DNA of 60,817 nt, filler included, from Dimargaris cristalligena (taxonomy: Eukaryota), in the NCBI GenBank assembly GCA_003614675.1. It is 2 parts of 2 records of this genome, joined end to end, with 100 filler letters (N's around TTAATTAATTAA, not from the genome) between each part and the next. Parts side by side here need not be neighbours in the genome. Positions count along the whole stretch, not along the records: positions 1 to 30,371 come from ML002460.1; 1 more part is not named here. One strand, written 5' to 3'. The position numbers and the translations under genes are program-made. Each line of letters opens with the position of its first letter. The stretch's first letter is position 1. Positions 1 to 11,053 of the stretch are shown here, one piece after another. The notes beneath the pieces were generated by a model. The model was not told where the DNA came from. It made no database searches and saw only the letters and a program-made list of their open reading frames with translations.

Positions 1-695
1 TTTATTATCTATCTTTTCAAATAAAGTTCAGTTTTCAAGGATTTGATTTCAGTTCTTTACACCAAGTAATAACCAAAGGCCTATACCTAGAATAAGTAAC
101 AGAAATACACACACAAGAAGTTGATATGGAAGGCACTTTTTAGAAAATAATATGGGAAATATCAATAGGTCAAGATTATAAATAAAGGAAATATATAATG
201 AATATTAATTTACTAAGAATAATTATAGAGATTGACTTGGTATTATATAGCTGAGCAGACTAGTGATAGAGATAATGAGCCAGTACAGAACATACTGGAA
301 GATAATACAAGATAGCAATGTGAATAATAGCTAATAATAGGTTGGTATAAAGAATAGGATGTGAAATGAATGAACTGAGCAGTGGGAATGGCTGAAGTAT
401 GGGTAGCCTTTGCTAAGGCCAAATTCCTGTGACTTGTTGATGGAACTAGGTGATGATGGCACCTAGTCCCTAAAGATCAGTTGATTTTACTCATATTGAT
501 TATTAAGCATGACAAATCCCTTATTCACTATATTTAAATAGAAACATAGATAGGGTTCATTACATAAAGGTCTGAGAGGGAAAATGTACTGATTAATACC
601 ATCTCATCCAACAATAGGGAATTAAGTATGGTCAGTAAGACAGTCTGGCAAAGGCCTGTAATTGATTGACCAGATTAAGTCACCCAGGGTTGGAA

Positions 696-1403
696 TCATT
701 CATTGCTGGCTGGGCAGTTGCTGCCCTGGCCACAGTTTTTAATCATCTTATGCCTATTTAGGTTATATTGAGAGGTATATGATTTAACACAAGAATCACA
801 GTTGGATTTTGCCTTCCCTGCATGGACCTGCATGTGCTGTTTGAAGTTATAAAAATAAGCAGTGGTAGAATCATATTCTTTACAAGTATGACTTCCATCA
901 ATTGGATTGTATTCCACTTTTTGAAGGTTGGTGGTTTGGGGTTGTTTGTTATTAATACATCATTTCAATGTCCGCCTAAACTTATGCTGAGAAGTCAGAT
1001 TAGGCCATTTTCCACAACTTAGATCAGAACCACTTGCCCGAGTGCGAAGGTTTGCGCACCATAATTCAATCTCTTTGAGGCATTGGCCAATGGTAATTGG
1101 CTGGCCAGTGCCATAATCCTGGCCAACACCCCTATCGGCCATATGATGTTCGGGAAAGCTCGCCTGGTCTGCTAAACCATAGCCACTGTGTTGGTCGCGG
1201 GACTCCAAAAGTTGCTAAATGGACCAAGGTTGGGGTGGAAGCACTTGGGTTAGATCCTGAAGTACTTCCTGTTGGCTGATGTCGAGGTCGTCGGCCTTGT
1301 TGAGCAGGTTGGTGATGCTCATGGGATTTTCATCTGGGGTGGAGGCACGACTGAGGGCGACAGAGCCCAGAAGACACAGAAAGGTTGTTCTGAAAATATA
1401 CAT
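696..1403 (-). pseudogene. Pseudogene of the secreted tandem C2H2 zinc-finger protein family (signal peptide + 2 fingers)
   Basis: ORFs 1215..1439, 960..1208 and 696..917 share one frame, separated only by TAG (1215-1217) and TGA (960-962). Read through from ATG 1403, the 236 codons (MYIFRTTFLCLLGSVALSRA...MSITNLLN...QPITIGQ...RASGSD...HAGKAKSNCDSCVKSYTSQYNLNRHKMIKNCGQGSNCPASNE*) are collinear with 3415..4149. Finger 1 has lost its second Cys (CKEY). Confidence 0.85.
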
Positions 1404-3414
1404 TATGTTGGTGACGGACGGTGGAGGAAGTAGAATCAAATAATGCCTGGTCAGTTAGGTAAGGACCTTTGTCAAGAAAAATTATAGGATAAGTGTATCC
1501 GTAACAGAACTCATTAATGTACATCCCAAATTGAATGGGGTGAAGTGGCGAAAAAAAAAAAGAGCAGGAGCACCCCTGTTTATATAATTTAAAAATGGAT
1601 GCCCAGTCGGCCAGCGAAATTACCCAGGTCTGTTGAAGTGCTACCATGCGCCTCCTGGAGTAACTAGTTCATACATTTGGACATATGAAAGTAATATCCT
1701 ACATGTTCAAGTATTTCACTGGACATAAATGAAATGCTCTATAATATACCCGAGGCAGAGGACAGCAATACTTCGTTGTAATACCGTGTCAGAAGACGGT
1801 CGTTCCCAATTATATTAGAAATTGTCTGAACGGGGGTCATCAAACGGGTTACAGCCAAAATATCGTTGCAGATTGACCTATGTCTCTCCTCCCCTTTCCT
1901 GTTTCATCAATGGAAACTGAATCAGTGCACCGCCAGGCCACAGTCGCAGGACGCAGGGATGCAGGTCGAACTATTAATACACCCTTGCGGTAGCCATATT
2001 TAGGCATGTATTAGCCAGCTTCTTATTAATAAAAAGGACCCGCCCTACAATGAGCGTTGGGCTTCAAGCCACCTGGACATCGCCCCACCCTTCCGAATGG
2101 ACATTCTATAGTAGTACAGGTAACTCTGGGAATTCCGGAGTCCAGCACTTCGGTCTTGTCTTGACCGAGGTGACTGCCCAATTAGTTGTACAATATCACT
2201 TGAATTGCTGTAGAGAGAACATCCCATCTTAATGGCAATATTGTGGGGGTGTAATTTAATGTGGTCCAATGGCTTATAGACCGAACCCCAATATAACCTA
2301 CTTAAAATAGATAAACACGGGTAGGAGGAGGTATTCATTATTGCGGCCGAAATATACTTCACTAATGGCCTTTTGGGCCAAGTATTATCAGTTGGGAGTG
2401 CAATTTCCGAAACTATACCATATGAAGTGGGGAAATTGAGGTATCTTTGTAAATTACATATTTACGGGTAAGTGCTAATGCATAGGTCGGTAATGGGCAT
2501 CCAAGAAGGACTTGCTTGGGGCAAGTATCAATGTAAATATATATCCTGAAATATCCGTGAGAGACAAGCTGTCAATTTAATTGATTTTGTATTTTTAGTG
2601 TCAAAATAGTCGACCAATTTAATACTGACGAGAGACCACGTTGGCCGACTTCCTGAAAAACGGCTTGGAAGGGCAGAGTGCCTCTCATTTGGTTTGAAGA
2701 TCAGTGCAAGTTGAGGGAGGGGGCATTTCAGTGACGTAGGCATATATAATAGGCGGATAAATATGACTGCTACGAGTGTGTTCCGATGGATTGACTGGCA
2801 GGCCAGTCTCTTGTGAATGAGGTTAAGTGATACCATAATCCAGTTCCCATTGGGTAAAAAGGAAAGGGGAAAGGGGGGCATAGACTAACTTGCTACAAAA
2901 CTTTGGTTGTAGTCAGAGAAACAACCATTTGGATAATGATAGCAATACTTTTGGGTACGATGGCCTTTGGATATGGTATCACAGCGGAGTGTTGCTGTCC
3001 TTTAACCCTAGGATGGGGTTGTATATACCATGTACCCCCAGTATGGTTCTTGCGAGAGTTAGGTTACACTTAAGAGCGACTTGGTCGTACGTTTTTACTA
3101 ACAAGACATGAAAACTGCAACCAGGGCGTCTTTGGGATTTCCCACCCCAACTGTTGTCATCAGTCGAACAGGTAACAGTTTTTAGGCTATAATAATCTAG
3201 ATACCCCCACCCCTGTTTTTCACCTCACCCTTCACCCCCCTTACATTTGGGGTACACTCTAATTTGATTATTTTACGGGTATACTTTTCATTACATATTA
3301 TTTCTTCGCTTCCGACTATTTTATCCGCTTTTTTGTACACTGCTCATCACAAGAATCTATATCTGACTAACTGTGCTTTAATAGATTATACAGTATTCAC
3401 TGTCCGTCGCCAAA

Positions 3415-4149
3415 ATGCGTAGTTTTGGAACAGCATGCCTGTATCTCCTGGGCTTAATTGCCCTTAGCCGTGCCTATGAACAGGTGAAACTAGCCATGGG
3501 CCTTAGGAACCTACTCAATGACTATACCTCCGAAAACAGCAACCGGGACGCAACTCAATATCGAGTACAAGAATCTCTACCCCGACCTTCATCAATTGGG
3601 CAACTTAAGGAGCCTTACGAAAAAATAACAGAGAATGGTTTAGCAATCCCGGCTCACTTTTCCGAACAAAACATGCCCGAAGAGGACGTTGGCCAAGTGC
3701 ACCCCCTTGAACAGCCAACCACCATTGGTCGGTTCACCGAAGAACCTGAATCTAGTTGCCCCGATCTTCAGGCCGAGGTCAGGGGTTCTGGTTCAGGCAG
3801 TAGAATCCACCCTGATACGACTTCTCTACCTAAGTTAAAGGATAACCCCCGTTGGCGCCTGAATGACGGACCACCCAAAGCCACCGACGTCCAAGCAAAC
3901 CACAATACAATTACGAGAAATTGGCATTGTTTTACATGCCAAAAATCCTATAACCGAAAAGCTGACCTCATTCGTCACATAAAACTGCATGCAGGGAACA
4001 GGCCTTTTAGCTGCAATTATTGTCACAAACGCTATACTGCCCAATATAGTGTGAGTAGGCATCAGAGGAAATCAAAAAACTGTAGACAGGGAAGCGACGG
4101 TTCATCCACCAATGAATCGTTCCAACCACCAGCGGCTTTATTTAGTTAA
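3415..4149 (+). CDS. Putative secreted protein with two C-terminal C2H2/C2HC zinc fingers (244 aa)
   Basis: Signal-peptide-like N-terminus MRSFGTACLYLLGLIALSRA. Fingers CFTC...RKADLIRHIKLH and CNYC...AQYSVSRHQRKSKNC are joined by a TGEKP-like linker (AGNRPF). Intronless, with AAAATG start context; paralogous to 696-1403 and 22618-23340. Confidence 0.85.
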   Translation: MRSFGTACLYLLGLIALSRAYEQVKLAMGLRNLLNDYTSENSNRDATQYRVQESLPRPSSIGQLKEPYEKITENGLAIPAHFSEQNMPEEDVGQVHPLEQPTTIGRFTEEPESSCPDLQAEVRGSGSGSRIHPDTTSLPKLKDNPRWRLNDGPPKATDVQANHNTITRNWHCFTCQKSYNRKADLIRHIKLHAGNRPFSCNYCHKRYTAQYSVSRHQRKSKNCRQGSDGSSTNESFQPPAALFS

Positions 4150-6353
4150 TATATGAGCTACTATTTCCGAGCCGACTCACTGAGTATAGCTAGTTTCCTA
4201 TTCCAAGATGCCTGACTGTTAACCTGTTCAATTTCCATACCAAACCTTAACCATGAAATAAACCATGTCCATGGCGGGACCATTTTTAAAAATTGTGGGC
4301 GGAGCTGAGTTCTATCTGCAAATTCAACCCCGGGTTACTCTGTTAGCAATATATTTTTCCCATCCCACCAGATTTATTATCCTAGACGCGCTGTCCTGTA
4401 CTTGGGACGTATTTTTTTATATCTATAATTTCTCCTTTATTTCATAACTGGCCTAATAGAACAAAACGCGGATATTTGCCCATGCCAAATGCAGTTCGCT
4501 CTTACACTTTCTCTTTGATTACTCTTTTAAATTTCAATTGGATGGCCGCCACAGTGGTTTGCCGCTCATAATCTATATACCAAAGGAGTTATTTTCCGTA
4601 AAAATGTATGGGGCTAACATATTTTCACCCAGACTGGGTATTTCCGGTCACCTGATTCCAAACTCTCAGTGCTCGATTAGAACTGCGGCCTAGTTACTAT
4701 CTATATACTATCTATATATCTAGCTATTATTTATACCTTTCTTATGTCACAGCATTCGTCACAGAGAGAGCACACCCGTACCGCAAGGTGAAATGAGGGG
4801 TCCCAGGGGGGTTTATTTCCTCGGTCTCTCGTGAAGTGAGCAAGAATCCAGTGAAAGGAACAAGAATGCCGTAGGGATTAAAGACAAAATTATGGATTTT
4901 GTGCAATCATGCTCGTTTTTGCAGTGCCTGGAAAATCAATACTCGTACACCCAAAAATCCATACGGGTACACTTTTATTGGGTTTAGCTTTGGGAATACC
5001 CCCGGCAAGTGCCTTTAACTCAATTGGTACGGATGATTATCATATAGAGATGCCAGTAAATAGAGACGGGTCAATACAGGGAATTGACATAAACAGAGGA
5101 GGATCATAAGCTACTAATTTAATAGGTTATATTATATGCCAGGAGGATACTGAGGGGCTGGTAGAAAAGGAATACTAACGAGCTTGGTCTGGGGTTGTTG
5201 GCACCAGGAAGGCTTTGCTGGAAACAGCAGTGTCTTCGGATAAATACTTAGCTAAAAAAGGTAGACTCTAACAGTAGCAGCTGGGGAGTTGACTAGGGGA
5301 TCATTGTGGTACTTGGCGTACCTTTGAAACAATGCCATGTCACTAAGGACTAATGTGGGCGAGTCACTCATAAAGCTCTCAGCCCTACTAAGTTGGATCA
5401 GCCAGTGCAATTTCCTCTATAATTCGGACAATGATACAGTGTCTACATGGATAATGTAGGAGCTATGGATGGAGTTCTTCTTATGATTTAATGGGCATCA
5501 TCGAATTCGCTACCATAAACTGGTGAGCTAGTATCTAGAATTTTTAGTATCACCTATATCAATTAGCCAGTATGGTATTTCCAGGTATGGCTAGGTTAGC
5601 TCTACACTTTGTTTAATAGTCCAGAATAGTCACAGTTAATTACATATGGTCCATGAATGTATCCCGCCAGGTAGGAGAGTCAGGTCACGACAGGGGGTCG
5701 TAGGGCCAAAATGCTGGTCTCTGGGAGACGGAGGAGAAGGCCGATCGGAAGTCGATGCTAATTATGTAGTCGCTAACAGAGAGACAGAGCGGTGATAGAA
5801 AGATCCATATATAGTAATTCAACGCGTGATAATTTATTTATAAGGCTGAATCGATTGAGTGGATTAACTTAAAATTGTAGTTACTTTAGCCTCTAATCTT
5901 GCAGGTTCCTTCTCTGAAAATATAAAGGGATAATTACCTTAAAATATATTTATTCGAAAACGTACTAGGCATAAAAACATCGAAAATACTCGGGAGCGAT
6001 AATGTTACATTTGGTCGAGGAGGACTAGTGTTTAAGGGAGCCGAGTAGGGTGTGGGGTCTTTAAGATATATATGGTTATTTTATTAGAACATAAAGAACC
6101 CATGTTATGGCGAGCTAACCCCTATTTTATACTCTGGGCACATTAGTATTGATGGTAAGTCTTGTAACTGTTCGCTCCCCACTTGGTGGTGCACTCTCAC
6201 TGAGGGAGTCAGGTGACCACTCTAGTTCGGGGGGACTGGTTCCCTCTGATGGTTGCAATGACCATTTGCGAAACTAGGTGTCAGACTCAGACTTTGGTTT
6301 TGGCTCGGGATCACGTTTTGGATAATGCTCAGGTGTATTTTCCCCATCTTTGG

Positions 6354-6356
<3 letters not shown>

Positions 6357-6384
<28 letters not shown>
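6357..6384. repeat. (AT)n microsatellite
   Basis: Uninterrupted AT dinucleotide run; similar runs at ~7755-7771, 8627-8640 and 9219-9242. Confidence 0.9.
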
Positions 6385-6388
<4 letters not shown>

Positions 6389-8846
6389 TAACAGATTTAA
6401 ATGAAACGGACTGTAAAACTAAGTGAAATCAATCTTATAAGGGTCTACGCGGTCATCAGCGAAGGGACCTTCGTTATCGACGGCCTCTACTTTTGAATTG
6501 GATCTCATTTTTATGGATGGCCTTCCACTTATAACGTTTAGAGGCGATGAAGGATTCCTTAATAGAGGCCGGTGGCAGCACTTGTTTTGAGATAGGCTGG
6601 ATTATTTTGGAAATAATGATTGTGGCTGATAAATTCAAGTTCAAACTTATATTCCTCCAATCCTGTACTATGCAGCAATACCGATAGATACATGTGCACG
6701 TGCCTGGCTCAAGGAATATGCTCGGCTCCACCATAAGACACTGCTGCAGAGCTTAGGTGAAAAGTTGTGGGACATGACAGGTGGGGTTTGACTCAAATGA
6801 TACCTTGTCAATTAAGCAGTCCCAATAAGTTCGAATACACTTATTTTTATTTTAGAGAGGGCTGGCAATACTTAAATGAAGTTTATCTCCACATAAATTT
6901 GAATATTACCTATTACAAACCCCCCCCCCCACCCCAGCGCCTTTGCTCGGGTATAATGCATCCAATTCCAAGGTGGACCTAAGAAGATTATATGAAACAC
7001 TCATCGACACAATGTGGTCTGTACTCCCCGTTCCCCTCCCTATCGACCATTACCGGATCGACAATGACACACACCAGCATGTGCTTTGGGGGTCGGTTGG
7101 GTGTATTGTAGAAGGGATATTAATATTGCCAAACCTAGCCTCACACCATATGCTAAAGGACTAAAATTTCACACTTTCATGTAGCACGCTCGTATCACCT
7201 AACCTCGTGCGTTTACCCTGGCCATTGTTGGTGCATAACTTCTCGGGGATATTTCTTACTATTGGGAGAGAAGAAGTGGGAGAGAGAAATGACCAAGGTT
7301 CGGCTAATAGTATATAACCCGTGGAAACTAAAGGCTATGCCGTTTTCATAATTATAATTGCCACTAGAGTCTGCGGCCTGGTCTAGTTTGGAGCAAAGGC
7401 CTTCCCAACCAAGCAACCCCGTAGTAATATCCATATATACGGTTGGAGGAAGTCTGAACCGACTGCAGCTATAAAGAGACTACCATAAAAGTACTTGGGT
7501 TCTTTCTTAAGGAGCTGCACCTACCAGGGGAAACAAGGGGGCGCAACTACGGTAGGTGTTCGGAAATATTACGGGGGTTTTCATACATAATAATAAGAAC
7601 AGGGGGGATGCTTTGTGGGGGCATTATGGCCTAGGTTAAACCAACTCAACGGAAACAAGAAAGGACACCTACTCCTATGAATCACTGTTACATATGATCT
7701 AAGGCCAAACCTAAAAGATGTCAGTAATTATAAGTGTTGGTAGTATTATAGAGTATATATATATATATATACGAGTAAGGAATGTTGGACTGAATCCCCG
7801 TTAGGACCGGATGTGCTTCTTTCTTAACTCTAATCCATTCTACTTTTCCGAAATGGTGGCGTGCGTTTGTGGTACCCTATGGGATTGAATGTGGGCCCAT
7901 GATACATTATTACATATTGACAGGACCAACCCCCCCTATAATATTACAGCTCTTTTTCACCCTACACCATCCTCCTCCCCTTTTTTACTGACCATCCCGC
8001 GTGCTAGCCAGCCCGCGGGTCTAAAAACTACGCCATCTCAAAATAAAAAATTATCGCTGCTAACGGAGTGATTGGAAATATGTAAAAATGGGGGATAGCC
8101 ATCTAGCTTTATGAAATGTCAGTGGTAATGGCCGGCGAAGGGGGGGAAATGGTGTGTATGGGTGGGTGGGTGAGAGCATGGTGGAACTGCCGAGTAACCG
8201 ACCAAGTCAGCTGAGTGAACAGTTTCGGGCACACGACATGGTTATCGGTTATAATAGATTCAACTACGGAGACTCCCCAACCGTCCGAATATGGCAATCA
8301 GATTATGACATCTCTAATTGCACAAAGGGAATACGTCCATGGTAAGTCAGTTTTTCAACTAGTCACCATTGCCATGTTTCGGCACACACACACGTATATC
8401 CATTAGGCTTTATTTAATTTGGAAAGCGAGCTATTCATGGTCGGGAGGTTCTAATAGCCGAAAAGGGCTGTCAAACTCCACAGGTCTACCTTCTTACAGT
8501 TACACCTTACCTGCTAGTGACTGTAGAGCTACAACATTAGTTTTGGGCCAGGGGAGGGTGGTGGAGTAGAAGCAAAAAAGGTGTCGAAAGCATCCCACGA
8601 AAACAACCGATAGGGCTGGTCCCTAGATATATATATATATAAGGGAGCATTGCCAGTTCAATAGGGTTCAGTATTCAGATCTGGCCAACGCTTTCCTCCC
8701 CACCCCTATATCATTCACCGCAACCCCGTTGACCTCTAGTCTAATACCACCAACATACCCCTTCTCCGTCTATTTTATGTCCCCTCAGCTGCTCTCCACC
8801 AGTAATCCTGAACCTTAGCACCACCACCATTATCATCAGCATCATC

Positions 8847-9146
8847 ATGCAGTTCCTCCCAGTGTCCACTTGGGCCATTTTGGTTACCTTGATCTCCATG
8901 TCCGCTACCGCCGTCGCCTCCCCCACCGGTATGAATAGCCCCGATCATGACCACTACTCAATCGACCTGCCGGTGGTGAATCAGGCCACCGCCTCCTCTT
9001 TCCATGGGGCCACCTCCGAAAGGTTTTCTCGTCCGGGCCGAAACTATAATACCAACGGCAGTTGGAAATGTAAACCCTGCGGTATTACCTTCGATACCAA
9101 ACGGGACTGGGCCCAGCACCAGTTGGATCATTTGTTTGGTTCATAG
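8847..9146 (+). CDS. Small putative secreted protein with a single C-terminal C2H2 zinc finger (99 aa)
   Basis: Signal-peptide-like MQFLPVSTWAILVTLISMSATAVA|SP with an A-V-A cleavage motif. The C-terminus WKCKPCGITFDTKRDWAQHQLDH fits C-x2-C-x3-F-x8-H-x3-H. A TATA-like (AT)n run lies ~210 nt upstream. Confidence 0.75.
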   Translation: MQFLPVSTWAILVTLISMSATAVASPTGMNSPDHDHYSIDLPVVNQATASSFHGATSERFSRPGRNYNTNGSWKCKPCGITFDTKRDWAQHQLDHLFGS

Positions 9147-11053
9147 TCCAGTATGTACACGCGCCCGTACTTGGAAGAAAGTGGATAGAAAGACAGATGT
9201 AAGGGTCCCCCTCCCCAAATATATATATATATATATATATATGAGAATATAAAGACAACCGTTTTCCTCTCCCTTTGGACTGTTGTACTTCTCAACTACT
9301 TATTTTTAATAAAGCAAATTGAAGCGGAGTAACTCTTACCTCTACTTACTCGTCCTATTAGCTCAAAAAATCCATGGGATGGGCAGTGTCGGTCGGTATT
9401 GAACTGACCTGGGGGATGTGGGGGTCAGTCATGGCACAGTTGTTGCAACACAGCACCGCTTTCCTCCTGGAACTCCCTCTCCCCCCCCTTCATCCCTTAC
9501 CTCGTTTCGGGACTATCTCCCCTGGGTCTTGGCAACATGCTTGATTTCCAGTGAGGTATATTTCAGAACTGGTTCAGCTCTGGTCCACATAGAATGATAT
9601 ATTTTATGAAGATATATGCAACCCTGCCCAAATACTCTCGACATTTTACCACACCTCTTTTGCGGGCCAGATAGTCCTCCCCCTCATCCCTATTCATCTT
9701 CGGGTAGTATTAAAGTAACTTATTGGAACTTCTCTAAAAAGGTTTATCCTGCACCATTCATATCCTTTCATAAATGACTTACGAACTATCAATTAACCGC
9801 TTCGATAAATCAATTAGAAAGTTGCAAAATCCAGTACAGGGAAAACATAACACTCACTAAGCCCGAGCCATGGTATTTCTGCTTAGTGAAGGGTGTGATC
9901 AGACATACATGTATCTAATATTTTAAACTATTAAATGTCTCCGGATTACTAGCTAGATATTTTAGATTGGCCTATACCGGGGCGAAATGCCATCTATGTA
10001 TACTAAATAAGCCACAGCAACTCGACGCTCCCCATTATTAGCTCTGCCGGCTAAAACTGATGCGAAGTTCGTTAGCAATCTACGTCTAGAATAAAGTATT
10101 TTTGCCAATATATTACTCAATGCGAAATACACATCTTGTGAGATATTTACCCGAGTACTCTATGCTTGTACTCACACGTAAGCCATGTTCAATCTATATG
10201 TTTACATTCACATTTTACACTTTACTTTACATTAAATACTCAGTATCTAGAAAAACTATAGAATATATATTTCGAAATGGTTTATATTAACAGTGGTTAT
10301 TACTCACTTGTTTGTATCCACCGCCCTGATCTCTCGAAACGGGATGATCGAAGTGCGATTAGGAATCGGAGGCACATAAAGGAAGTGAGGAGAGGGGCTG
10401 TGTGTGTGTGGAGAAGTCCAGGGAATTGGTTACAGGTAAAGTAGACAGCTGTAACTAAGACACGAAAATTGCCCGACGCAGAGGACGAAGCGAGAAAGGC
10501 CGGGGGGGTGGAAGGGGAGGGGATTCTATTTCTGTGGGGATTGGCGGTGTACTACGAAAGGCAACATTATACGTGTAATGTGGGGATTCACAAAAGCTGT
10601 ATATGATTCAGGTGTGATTTAGGGGCAGTGCCACTCACTGAACTAAGGGATGCTATTCGAATAATAATTTTTTTAAAAAACCATGCTCAACTATAGACGA
10701 GTGTGATCTAAAATTAAGAACACGGTTGGCCCTGGGGGTTGGTGGGTCCAATAAATTAGCTTAACCCCAAACAAATATGCAATCTCACTGACATGCAATT
10801 AATAGATAGGTAGGTAGCATGGTGGTATTCGACCAGCAGGAGATGCCGAGACGGAGTATGGAAGGTGGGTGGGTGGTAAAGTACCGCAGAAATAACCAAC
10901 CCAACCCAACCCAAAATAAAATATAGATGTATTAGTCAGCAGCCACCCAAAATATAAAATACCAAAGTAGACATTTTTAGCTAAAAAATATTCCCATCCA
11001 CTAGTATAGTCCTATTCTCCCAGCAGAAGCAGAGTCATACAATGGATGCCCGA

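Noticed and set aside
960-1217. Stop-codon readthrough or an alternative genetic code for the 696-1403 gene
   Set aside because: Two different stops (TAG and TGA) plus loss of a zinc ligand; other genes here terminate normally at TAG, TGA and TAA. Pseudogenisation is simpler.
4300-8600. Short ORFs as possible transposon or additional effector remnants
   Set aside because: No transposase, RT or zinc-finger motifs and no convincing signal peptides recognised by eye; a translated homology search would be needed.
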